A stretch of 64,000 nt of DNA, taken from positions 455,271 through 519,270 of the forward strand of contig CAVSXG010000002.1 of assembly GCA_963731865.1 (NCBI GenBank). Reading direction: 5' to 3'. The notes below the pieces were generated by a model. That model had not been told where the DNA came from. It saw only the letters and a program-made list of their open reading frames with translations, and did no database searches. This DNA is from an uncultured Chloroflexia bacterium. GTDB lineage: Bacteria > Chloroflexota > Limnocylindria > Limnocylindrales > CSP1-4. The first letter of the stretch is position 1. Every line of letters starts with the position of its first letter. Below, in pieces: positions 54,612 through 63,594 of the stretch. The translations under genes were made by a program, and so were the position numbers.

Positions 54612-56573
54612 ATGGTCGAGACACTCGAACGGGGTCGCGACGCAATCGAACGGCACGCCTGGACGGAAGCGGTCGACGTCTTCGGCGCGGCTGACGCAGA
54701 GGATCGCCTCGGCGCGGAAGACCTGGAGCGACTGGGCACGGCTGCCTGGTGGGCGGGCGAGCCCGACAAGGCCACCGAGGCCCAGGAACGAGCCTTCGCA
54801 AGCTACGAGGACGCCGGACGGTCGACGGATGCGGCGCGGGTCGCCTTGACCCTCGCGTACCAGGCGTTCCGCCGCGAGGCCGTTGGGATCGGTGCCGGCT
54901 GGCAAGCCAGAGCCCAGCGGCTGCTCGACGCGGAGCCCGATTCTCCTGGGCACGCCCGTCTCGCTCTGTTCAATGTCATTGGAGCGCTCTTCGGCAACCA
55001 GATCAGCGACGCCATCGAGCTTGCCGATCGCGCGCTGGCGCTGGCGGAAAAGCATGGAGATGGTGATACCAGGTTCCTTGCGATGAGCTTCAAGGGCATC
55101 GCGCTGGTCCTGACCGGTGAATTGCAGGCCGGGTTTGCGTTGATCGACGAGGCTGCTACCGCCGCGTCGTCCGGGCGGCTCGACCTCCGCGTGGCGAGCG
55201 ACATCTACTGCAACACGATCGCCGCTTGCCGCAATGCCGGCGACCTGAAGCGGGCGGCGCAGTGGGCCGACGAAGGCGAGCGTTGGATGAAACAGCGTTC
55301 GTTGGGTGGGTATCCGGGCATCTGTCGCGTCCATCGGGCGGAGCTCAAGATGCTGCGCGGTCTCTGGCCGGAAGCTGAACAGGAGGCGCGCCAGGCCTGC
55401 GATGAGCTCGAGCGGTATGGGCTTGTCGACGGGGTCGCCTGGGCGCACTACATGATTGGCGAGATTCGGCTTCGGATGGGTGACTTCGAAGCGGCCGGCG
55501 ACGCCTTCGACAAGGCGTACGAGCTCGGACATCCCGCCCAACCCGGCATGGCGCTCCTCCAGCTCGCCCGCGGTGAGGTGGACGCGGCCAGGCATTCGAT
55601 CGAACGCGCCCTCGCGACGGCCGAGGGCAGCCGGGGTCAATCGCACCGAACCTTGCGGGCTCGACTCCTGCCGGCGCAGGTGGACATCGCGCTCGCGGCC
55701 GGCGACCTCGAGACAGCGGGCACCGCCGTGACCGAGCTCGAAGCGATCGCCGTCGACTTCCAGCGCCCTCTCTTCGAAGCTGGCGCCCTCACGGGGCGGG
55801 GCGAGCTGCTCCTCGGTAAATCGCGACCCTCGGAGGCATCACCGATCCTGAGCAGGTCGTGGCGGCTCTGGCTGGAGACGGACCTGCCCTATGAGAGCGC
55901 CAAGGCGCGCCTCCGCTATGCGGAGGCGTTGGCGGCGGAAGGCGAGGAAGCCACGGCTCGACGGGATCTGCAGGCGGCGCGCAAGGTGTTCGAGCGACTC
56001 GGCGCAAGGGCCGAGCTGTCCCGGGCGGATGCCCTGCTGGGTGAAGGAACGCCGTCCCAGGACGCCGTGGTCCGAGCGTCGAAGACCTTCATGTTCACGG
56101 ATATCGTCACCTCGACGGATCTCGTCGGGTTGATCGGCGACGAGGCATGGGGTGAGCTCCTGCGGTGGCACGATCGCGAGCTGCGATCGGCATTTGCAAG
56201 CCATCGCGGCGAGGAGATCAAGCAGACCGGTGACGGGTTCTTCGTCGCCTTCGAGCGCGCCGTCGATGGCCTCGAATGCGCCGTCGACATCCAGCGACGG
56301 CTCGCACGGCATCGACGCGAGCATGGCTTCGCGCCCTGGGTACGGATCGGGCTCCACGCGGCCGAGGCGACACGACATGGTCGCGACTACCAGGGTCGAG
56401 GCGTGCACGTGGCGGCGCGCATTGGTGCCGCCGCTGCCCGCGAGGAGATCCTCGTGTCCAGCGCGACGCTGGAGGCGCTGGGCTCCCCGCACTTCGGGCT
56501 GTCCGAACCGCGCACGCTCAGCCTGAAAGGCGTCGAGGAGCCGGTGGCCGTGGTGGCCGTCAACTGGCGGTGA
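54612..56573 (+). CDS. Class III adenylate/guanylate cyclase with a long N-terminal TPR/helical-repeat sensor region
   Basis: About 470 aa of TPR-like repeats, then 'KTFMFTDIVTSTDL', 'KQTGDGFFVAF', 'VRIGLHAAEAT' and 'GRGVHVAARI'. Confidence 0.85.
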   Translation: MVETLERGRDAIERHAWTEAVDVFGAADAEDRLGAEDLERLGTAAWWAGEPDKATEAQERAFASYEDAGRSTDAARVALTLAYQAFRREAVGIGAGWQARAQRLLDAEPDSPGHARLALFNVIGALFGNQISDAIELADRALALAEKHGDGDTRFLAMSFKGIALVLTGELQAGFALIDEAATAASSGRLDLRVASDIYCNTIAACRNAGDLKRAAQWADEGERWMKQRSLGGYPGICRVHRAELKMLRGLWPEAEQEARQACDELERYGLVDGVAWAHYMIGEIRLRMGDFEAAGDAFDKAYELGHPAQPGMALLQLARGEVDAARHSIERALATAEGSRGQSHRTLRARLLPAQVDIALAAGDLETAGTAVTELEAIAVDFQRPLFEAGALTGRGELLLGKSRPSEASPILSRSWRLWLETDLPYESAKARLRYAEALAAEGEEATARRDLQAARKVFERLGARAELSRADALLGEGTPSQDAVVRASKTFMFTDIVTSTDLVGLIGDEAWGELLRWHDRELRSAFASHRGEEIKQTGDGFFVAFERAVDGLECAVDIQRRLARHRREHGFAPWVRIGLHAAEATRHGRDYQGRGVHVAARIGAAAAREEILVSSATLEALGSPHFGLSEPRTLSLKGVEEPVAVVAVNWR

Positions 56574-56619
56574 TTTGAGTCTGCAGGAGCAGCCGGGCGG
56601 TTCGGGCTAGAGTCAGGCG

Positions 56620-57363
56620 ATGCAGATCGAAGACGGCTACTTCGGTGAACCCGTCGCTGCCACCTACGACGACGACTCGGACCCCATGTTCTCCCCGGAC
56701 GTCGTCGACCCGACGGTCGACTTCCTCGCGGCTCTGGCGCGGGATGGCCGCGCGCTCGAGCTCGGGATCGGCACGGGTCGGATCGCCCTGCCGCTGGCGG
56801 CTCGCGGCGTGCCGGTGCACGGAATCGAATTGTCAAAGGCGATGGTCGCCAGACTCAAGGCCAAACCGGGAGGCGAGGGGATCGGGGTCACGATCGGCGA
56901 CTTCTCGACCGTGAAGGTCAACGGCACCTTCCGGATGGCCTACCTCGTGTTCAACACGATCGGCAACCTCACGACCCAGGCGGCGCAGGTCGCCTGTTTC
57001 CGGAACGTCGCGGAGCACCTGGAGCCGGGCGGGACGTTCGTGATCGAGGTCGGTGTCCCGGAGCTGCGGCGCCTGCCGCCCGGCGAGCGATATGTGATCT
57101 TCGACTTCGGCGAGCACCACTGGGGCATCGATGAGTACGACACCGTGAACCAGGGGTTGGTCTCGCATCACTTCCAGCGGCAGGCGAGCGACACGATCGA
57201 GAAGTCGTCGGGGCCGTTTCGCTACGTGTGGCCGGCAGAGCTCGACCTGATGGCGCAGCTGGCGGGGCTCGATCTCCGCGAACGCTGGTCCGGGTGGAGG
57301 CACGAGCCCTTCACGCGCGAGAGCACAAAACACGTGTCGGTCTGGGAGAAGCCAGGAGGATAG
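56620..57363 (+). CDS. Class I SAM-dependent methyltransferase
   Basis: 'ALELGIGTGRIALPLAARGVPVHGIELSKAMV' and 'LEPGGTFVIE'. Confidence 0.85.
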   Translation: MQIEDGYFGEPVAATYDDDSDPMFSPDVVDPTVDFLAALARDGRALELGIGTGRIALPLAARGVPVHGIELSKAMVARLKAKPGGEGIGVTIGDFSTVKVNGTFRMAYLVFNTIGNLTTQAAQVACFRNVAEHLEPGGTFVIEVGVPELRRLPPGERYVIFDFGEHHWGIDEYDTVNQGLVSHHFQRQASDTIEKSSGPFRYVWPAELDLMAQLAGLDLRERWSGWRHEPFTRESTKHVSVWEKPGG

Positions 57364-57394
57364 CCAGGCCGGCCCCGGATAGGATGGGTCGTTC

Positions 57395-58675
57395 ATGACC
57401 CATCGCTCCTCGGACCGTTCATATCGCGCGCTGCTCGGCGTGCCCTCCCTGGGACGGATCCTCCTCGGAATGGCATTCGCGCGCGTCGCGCAGGCGATGG
57501 TCGCGATCGCGCTCGTGCTCTTCACGCTCGCCGAATACCACTCGCCTGAGCTCGCCGGGCTGGTGACCTTCGCGAGCATCCTGCCGGGCATCCTCATCAG
57601 CCCGATCGCGGGTGTGCTGCTCGATCGTCATGGCCGGATCCGGCTGATGATCGTCGACTACCTCGTCGCTGCGGCCGCATTGTTTGCGATCGCCGGTCTC
57701 GCCGCCATCGACGCCCTTCCGGCATGGCTACTCGTGATCATCGCCACGGTCATGTCGTTGACCTCGATCTTCAGCGCCGTCGGGCTGCGGACGCTGTTCC
57801 CATTGATCGTCCCGCGGCAGCTGTGGGAACGGGCCAACGCGCTCGACTCGAATGGCTACGTCATCGCGACCATCCTCGGACCGCCCATCGCGGCGGCGCT
57901 CATCGGATTTGGTGGCGGACCGGTGGCGCTGTCCTTCATCGGCCTGTTGTTCGGGGTGACCGCGCTAACGATGGTCGGCGTCCGTGATCCGCAGACCGAG
58001 GTGACCGCGACCGGGACCCTGCTTGGCGACGCACGCGAGGGCCTCGTGTACGTGTGGCGGAACCGGACCCTGCGGGCGCTGGGCGTGACGGTCTCGCTCC
58101 TCAATGTCACGGGCGGGATGACCACGATCGTGGTGCCGCTCCTCGTCCTTCGTCAGCTTGGCGCGAGCGAGGTGGTCGTGGGCATCCTGTTCGCGCTGTC
58201 GGGCCTGTCGGGGATGGTGTCGGCACTCGTCTTCGGACGGATCGATACGCGGGGTCGCGAGTGGATCATGCTCGTGCTGCCACCCTTCGGGTATGCCCTG
58301 GCGATCGCGCTCGTCCTGCCCGTTGCACTCGCTTCCCCGATGGGTGCTCCTGGCGCGATCGACCCGATCGTGGGGATCGGGCTCATTGGTGCCGCGCAGC
58401 TATTCGTCGGCCTGGTCAACGGCCCGTTCGACGTCGCCATGTTCACGGTTCGTCAGCGACGGACCGACCCGGCCTGGCTCGGGCGAGCCTTCGCCATCTC
58501 GATGGGCTTCAACTACATCGGGGTTCCGATCGGAGCCGTCCTGGCGGGCCTCATCGCCGCAAACTCGCTGGTCGGCGCGGTCATCCTGGGGATCGGCGCG
58601 AGCATCGCGTCGGGGGTGCTCTCGGCGGTGCTGGTCCCTGCCCGGGACCCGGCCACGACTCGGAATGCGACCTGA
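57395..58675 (+). CDS. MFS transporter (EntS/MFS_3-like)
   Basis: 426 aa with about 12 TM segments. 'PIAGVLLDRHGRIRLM' is a loop 2-3 signature. Confidence 0.85.
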   Translation: MTHRSSDRSYRALLGVPSLGRILLGMAFARVAQAMVAIALVLFTLAEYHSPELAGLVTFASILPGILISPIAGVLLDRHGRIRLMIVDYLVAAAALFAIAGLAAIDALPAWLLVIIATVMSLTSIFSAVGLRTLFPLIVPRQLWERANALDSNGYVIATILGPPIAAALIGFGGGPVALSFIGLLFGVTALTMVGVRDPQTEVTATGTLLGDAREGLVYVWRNRTLRALGVTVSLLNVTGGMTTIVVPLLVLRQLGASEVVVGILFALSGLSGMVSALVFGRIDTRGREWIMLVLPPFGYALAIALVLPVALASPMGAPGAIDPIVGIGLIGAAQLFVGLVNGPFDVAMFTVRQRRTDPAWLGRAFAISMGFNYIGVPIGAVLAGLIAANSLVGAVILGIGASIASGVLSAVLVPARDPATTRNAT

Positions 58676-58721
58676 CGGCGCGTACACTGCCGTGCACAAA
58701 ATCCATCGAGGGGGACCGCGG

Positions 58722-59669
58722 ATGGCGCGACGACTCCTGTCGGCAGGCCTGATGGCACTGCTCGTCGGTGCATGTGGGACGAGTGTTGGGACGAGTCCGC
58801 CGCCCTCCATCGAGGCCAATTCAACGTCGCCTGATCCGACTCCACTCGCCGCCGTGACGGCGGCGCCGCCGTCCCCGTCACCGTCACCCGCTCCATCGCC
58901 CTCGCCGTCCCCGTCGCCGTCACCCGCCGAGAGAAACGACACCCCGTTGGAGCTCGTTGCGGTCGGGGACTCGATCTTCTTCAACAGCCCGCGTGACTGT
59001 CCGGGCTGCAAGAGCGCCGTCGACCGCTATGCGGAGGCGGTGACGGCTGCGACCGGTCGATCCGTCCACATCCGGAACCTGTCCGAGCACAACGGCCTGC
59101 GACTGAACGGCCTGCTCAACGAGCTCGAGCGCGATCGCACTCGCAAGGATGCGCTCGCGGCCGCAGACATCATCCTCGTCGGGATCGCGCACAACGACGC
59201 ACCGATGAATCGCGACAACGATCCATGCGACGGCGCCGGTGGCGATTTCCCGGACTGGTCGAAGTTCACGGACGAGTGCATCGCCGAGGACATCGCGACG
59301 TACACGCCGCTGTACGAGCGTGCCTACGAGCAGATCGCCGCGATGCGCGCGGGCAAACCGACGATCCTGCGGACGATCAATCGGTTCAACGACTGGATCG
59401 GCTGGCCCGGCCACGAACTGACGTCCGAGGGCATCGCCGCAACAAGGGCCGTGGTGACCGCCTGGAACGACATGATCAGCGGTGCCGCCGAGGCGAACGG
59501 CTTTTTATGCGCGGACATCGCCCGCCGGTTCAACGGCGAGGACGGCAGCGAACCGGCCGGGGACCTCCTCGTTGCCGACTACACGCACCCTTCAGCCAAG
59601 GGCAACGTGGTCATCGCCCAGGCCCTGATCGCCCTCGGGTACGCGCCCCTGGCGACCACCGGGGGCTGA
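58722..59669 (+). CDS. SGNH/GDSL-type hydrolase lipoprotein
   Basis: 'MARRLLSAGLMALLVGACG' is a signal peptide plus lipobox. A Pro/Ser linker follows, then block I 'VAVGDSIFFN' and the C-terminal 'ADYTHPSAKGNVVIA' (D-x-x-H). Confidence 0.8.
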   Translation: MARRLLSAGLMALLVGACGTSVGTSPPPSIEANSTSPDPTPLAAVTAAPPSPSPSPAPSPSPSPSPSPAERNDTPLELVAVGDSIFFNSPRDCPGCKSAVDRYAEAVTAATGRSVHIRNLSEHNGLRLNGLLNELERDRTRKDALAAADIILVGIAHNDAPMNRDNDPCDGAGGDFPDWSKFTDECIAEDIATYTPLYERAYEQIAAMRAGKPTILRTINRFNDWIGWPGHELTSEGIAATRAVVTAWNDMISGAAEANGFLCADIARRFNGEDGSEPAGDLLVADYTHPSAKGNVVIAQALIALGYAPLATTGG

Positions 59670-59675
59670 CGGCAC

Positions 59676-60299
59676 CTATCCGGCGATCGTGCCTCGCGTC
59701 CAGGTCGTTCCCGGCATGGCGACCATCAGGACCCACGCCGCCGGGAAGCGGCAATCCATGGTCGTGCAATCGGAGATGTCGATCTCGGGTGGCACGAGGG
59801 TCAGCTCGTCGCCCTCGATCGTGTACCGGAACGGCGTTCCATTGATGACGACCACATCGTCACGCTCGAGTCGGTAGCCACCGTCGTCCACCTGCTGTCC
59901 GTTGTAGTCCCTCGACCCAAAGAACCCGTCTGCCGTGAAGAAGTGCGAATGCTTTCGGGGGACCGCCCCAGCGCAGGGTCGATTCATGTCCTCGATGTCG
60001 GATTCGGCGTCCACGCCTGGCACCAGCCCGTTCCCAGCCACCGCCTCGGCGACGAATTCCTCGAGGCCGGCATTCGACAGCATCTTCTGGATCCGCAGGC
60101 AATCGTGGATCCCAACCCATTCACCCACGATCGCCGCCGGCGACGCTCGGGGAGCAGGCTCCGTTGGCACCGACGTGGTCGCCGCCGAAGCTGGGACGGT
60201 TGCGACATCGAGCGTCGAGCCACTCGGCGCAGCGCCTGACGCGCAGCCACCAACGACAAGCGCGACGAGGAGCACGACGCATAGGCCCCGAACAGCCAT
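59676..60299 (-). CDS. Hypothetical lipoprotein
   Basis: 'MAVRGLCVVLLVALVVGGCASG' is a signal peptide plus lipobox. The 207-aa ORF is intact. Confidence 0.6.
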   Translation of the reverse strand: MAVRGLCVVLLVALVVGGCASGAAPSGSTLDVATVPASAATTSVPTEPAPRASPAAIVGEWVGIHDCLRIQKMLSNAGLEEFVAEAVAGNGLVPGVDAESDIEDMNRPCAGAVPRKHSHFFTADGFFGSRDYNGQQVDDGGYRLERDDVVVINGTPFRYTIEGDELTLVPPEIDISDCTTMDCRFPAAWVLMVAMPGTTWTRGTIAG

Positions 60300-60493
60300 G
60301 ACGCAATTCTAGGCCTCTTGCCGCCGCAGGCCGAGTCGCTGAATTCGATGGGCGTGTCGCGAATCGGCGGCGTGGCACTCATGCACCGCCAGTCCGCTGA
60401 ATGGCTGGACCGAGGTTGACCTGCCGCCTAGCTGGCCGGCACTTCATGGTCCTCCGACCGCGTCCCGTTCACTACACGACGGAGGGTGGCGTC

Positions 60494-60905
60494 ATGGTGC
60501 GCACCGGACTATCTCGATCGGCCAGGCGCCTTGGGGCGCTCCTAGTCTTTGCCCTGCTCGCGGGCATGTTGCCGGCGATGGCCTCGGCCCAGGACGACGC
60601 GCTGCAGCGGGCGATCCAGGTCCAGGAGCGCATTGCGCCGCACCTCCTTGCCACACCAGGCATCGTCGGGGTCGGCGTGGCCGTGACGGCCGGAGCCCAG
60701 GCCAGGATTCGCGTGTACACCGTCGCTTCGAACACGGCTGGTGTTCCGGCCAAGCTCGAGCTTCACGACGATCGCAACGGTGAGCAACAGCGGTTCCCAC
60801 CGCGACAACCTCGGCAAGCGGCCCGGGTCCGGGACGTACACGTATCGCGTCTGCAACGCGGGCACCTCGAGCTGCTCGAACACGGCCACCGCCGCGGTGC
60901 CCTGA
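60494..60905 (+). pseudogene. Possible remnant of a secreted peptidase gene (signal peptide + propeptide-like start joined to a short C-terminal piece)
   Basis: 'MVRTGLSRSARRLGALLVFALLAGMLPAMASAQDDALQRAIQVQERIAPHLLATPGIVGVGV...RIRVYT...AGVPAKL' lies after GGAGGG. A second frame gives 'GSGTYTYRVCNAGTSSCSNTATAAVP*' ending at 60903-60905. No catalytic domain lies between them. Confidence 0.3.
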
Positions 60906-60955
60906 TCCGGTTTCGGGATCCGGGCGCCCATCCGGGCGCCCGGCGTACCTTGAAC

Positions 60956-61426
60956 CTAGTCCGTCGTTCCCAAAGTCGAATGGCGCGTTCGGACCCTGGC
61001 CAGTCGATCGTGCGCGAGCCGGAGCAGCGGGATCACGGTCTTCTCAAAGGTCGAGGCGCTCGGGTTCAGGATCGAGATCCAGAGCTGCCTGGCGTAGACC
61101 GGGTGGGGGAACAGCCGATCGAGTTCGGTGTAGTCAGGCTCGAGGGCTGATTCGGCGATCCGGTTGAACGTCGGCCGATCGACGCCGATGTTGAGTCGAA
61201 AGATGCCTGGTCGCGAGAGATTGGATGCCTGATCGTGCTCGTCCGTGGTCACGATCGTGGCGAAGTTCGGCCAGTGCTTCTCGTCGAGCGAGAAGAACCA
61301 GGTGCCTGCCATCTCGAGCACGACCGTCTCGGGATACGTTTCCTTGATGTAGTGGGTGATCGTCTCCGGATTAGGTCCGGAACCCTTTGCAGGACACATG
61401 TCCTGATCGTAAAAGATGCATGTCAA
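60956..61426 (-). CDS. DUF6194-like protein
   Basis: 'GTWFFSLDEKHWPNFATIVTTDEHDQASNLSRPGIFRLNIGVDRPTF' fits my memory of that family. Confidence 0.55.
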   Translation of the reverse strand: MTCIFYDQDMCPAKGSGPNPETITHYIKETYPETVVLEMAGTWFFSLDEKHWPNFATIVTTDEHDQASNLSRPGIFRLNIGVDRPTFNRIAESALEPDYTELDRLFPHPVYARQLWISILNPSASTFEKTVIPLLRLAHDRLARVRTRHSTLGTTD

Positions 61427-61443
61427 GCCCCTGGCTCAGCGGC

Positions 61444-62517
61444 TCAGCCGTCCTGGACGAGGTACGCGGCAAGCGCGCTAGCGACGTCCTCCAGGCCAGC
61501 ATCCCGGCGGCTGTACCGCCAGCCCTGCGACCCAGCGTCGTGCATGGTCAGGAGACCGGCCGACCGCAGGATCCCCAGGTGGTGGTGGAGGCTGGTTCGC
61601 TCGACGCCGAGGCGGCCAGCGATCTCGCTGGCCGTCAACTCCTCGTTCGCCAGGATGTGCAGGATCCGAAGTCGCAGCTCGTCGCCGATGGCTGCGGCCA
61701 TCTTCACGAGGTGGCGCGGCGGGGTGGAAGCATCGGCCTCGAACGCGTCGTCAGCGACCGACGAAAGCACGATCAACGTCGAGCCGAACTCGCCCGGGGC
61801 GATGAACGGACGGAGGGCAACGGTCGGAATGACGACGATGTCCGTTGCCCACGTCGTCGGATCGAGATCGATGCCGTTGGTCGCCGTGAGAAGCGCCTCA
61901 CGACCCGGGAGTGACGCGAACAACCGGTCCTTCGCCTCGACATCGCGTGCGATGACCGCACGTGCATTGTCGGCAAACGTCGGATACACCCGGGTCGACC
62001 AGGCCTCAACGATCGCGGAGATCTGGTCCTGGACCTCCTCGGCAGTGCTAGACAACAGCCGATCGATCGCGCGCCGCGCCTGCGGGTACAGGCCGAGCGT
62101 CCCGCGAAGCTCCGCGCGAGCCTTGCGGTCTCCAGCGAGTCCTCGATCGAACGCGCCATCCGAGACCATCGAGCGATTTGGCGGAGACTCGGCGCCCAGC
62201 AATCGACGCCGGAGGACGTCCGCCGGGAAGTCCCGGAGGCGACTGACGAGCTGGGCTGGCTCGTATGGCGGGCCGGCTTCCAAAGCGATCGACGCGAGCT
62301 CGGTGTACAGCGCGAAGCCCCATCGCTCGACGTGTTCGATGAGGATGACTCCAGCGAGCGCGCGGACCTCGCGGATCCATGTCTTGCCCGATTCGAGCGA
62401 CGGTCGAGCCGGGCCGCTCACGAACGCGGCGAGCTCCGCGACGACTTCGAATGCCGCACCGGAGACGACCCGGACCGACGGAAACTCGGGGTCGACGGCC
62501 GGGTCCGTTTTCGCCAT
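61444..62517 (-). CDS. ArsR-family winged-helix regulator with large N-terminal DUF5937-like domain
   Basis: C-terminal 'AAIGDELRLRILHILANEELTASEIAGRLGVERTSLHHHLGILRSAGLL'. ATG 62517 is chosen; the ORF is open to TTG 62538. Confidence 0.8.
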   Translation of the reverse strand: MAKTDPAVDPEFPSVRVVSGAAFEVVAELAAFVSGPARPSLESGKTWIREVRALAGVILIEHVERWGFALYTELASIALEAGPPYEPAQLVSRLRDFPADVLRRRLLGAESPPNRSMVSDGAFDRGLAGDRKARAELRGTLGLYPQARRAIDRLLSSTAEEVQDQISAIVEAWSTRVYPTFADNARAVIARDVEAKDRLFASLPGREALLTATNGIDLDPTTWATDIVVIPTVALRPFIAPGEFGSTLIVLSSVADDAFEADASTPPRHLVKMAAAIGDELRLRILHILANEELTASEIAGRLGVERTSLHHHLGILRSAGLLTMHDAGSQGWRYSRRDAGLEDVASALAAYLVQDG

Positions 62518-62586
62518 AAGGTCAGTATCGCCTGTCAACTGGGCCGGGCGACCTCCCAGGACCGCCCGGACCCAGCTCGGAAATGG

Positions 62587-63111
62587 CTACTCGAGCCCGA
62601 CGCAGAGTGCCGGGAATGGCGTGCCGTCCTGGTGGCCGGCAGTGGAGTCGATGGACAGGACCTCGCCAGTGGCCGTGTCGAGCGTTGCGGTGATCAGGCC
62701 CGTGTTGCCGACGATGAAGCCGATCCCGGGCGCCGTGTACTGCTGGGAGTTGCCAGGGATGCGAAGCGTCGTGGTGCCATCGCTGTTGTCGGTGTAGACG
62801 GCGGGACCGGCGAGGACGGCCTGCAGGGTCTTGCCGTTGTCCGGGTTCAGATACCCGATCTTGCCGTCCTTGTAGCTGAACGTCGTCTTCGTGAGTCCAT
62901 CGGAACTCGTGAATGTCGTCGTGACCAGCGTGCCATCGATGGTCCTGACGACCTCGAATGCACAACGAACGCCGGCGGCGAAGGTCGTGCTGATATGGAC
63001 AGCTTCCGCGGTCCGGGTGGGTGCCGCGGCAAGTGTCGCGGACGTCATGAGGGTCGCGACAGCGAACGTCACGAGACCGCCAAGCGCGAAGCGTCGAAGC
63101 GTGCGGAACAT
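62587..63111 (-). CDS. Secreted hypothetical protein
   Basis: 'MFRTLRRFALGGLVTFAVATLMTSATLAAA' is a signal peptide and the mature part is Thr/Gly-rich and beta-like. GGGAGA lies 8 nt upstream of the ATG. Confidence 0.6.
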   Translation of the reverse strand: MFRTLRRFALGGLVTFAVATLMTSATLAAAPTRTAEAVHISTTFAAGVRCAFEVVRTIDGTLVTTTFTSSDGLTKTTFSYKDGKIGYLNPDNGKTLQAVLAGPAVYTDNSDGTTTLRIPGNSQQYTAPGIGFIVGNTGLITATLDTATGEVLSIDSTAGHQDGTPFPALCVGLE

Positions 63112-63321
63112 GTGGATCTCCCAAATGCGGATGTCGCATCGGACTCTATGTCATGTGTTGAACAATTTCAACGACACGTGACGAACGTCGTGTGGCGACG
63201 CACCGGGCGAGCGGCATTCGGCGGTGGCGTCCGTCGAGCGGACCCATCTCCCGAGAGTCCTTCCCGCGGCCGTCGGCGTGGCGTAGGCTTCGGGCCTTAG
63301 CCAGTCACGGAGGGCCGGACG

Positions 63322-63552
63322 ATGACGATGCGAGACGCACTCGAACAAGCCTTGAACATCCCGCAAGGCGAGACCGTGCGACGGCTCAAGGAGGGCGGAT
63401 TGGCCATCGCCAATGAGGACACGATGGCCCAGGCGATCCACGACGTGTACTGCGGGATCGTCGCCGATCACAACCACCCGAACGAAAAGGATCACGACCA
63501 GGCGCGCTCGCTGATCGAAGCCCTCCAGAAGCAAGCGGGGGGCGACGCCTAG
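63322..63552 (+). CDS. Small hypothetical protein (76 aa)
   Basis: ATG lies 7 nt after GGAGGG. Composition is coding-like. No family recognised. Confidence 0.45.
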   Translation: MTMRDALEQALNIPQGETVRRLKEGGLAIANEDTMAQAIHDVYCGIVADHNHPNEKDHDQARSLIEALQKQAGGDA

Positions 63553-63594
63553 TCCAACCCGGCGAACCGACCGACCCGCGCCGGACGTCAAGCA

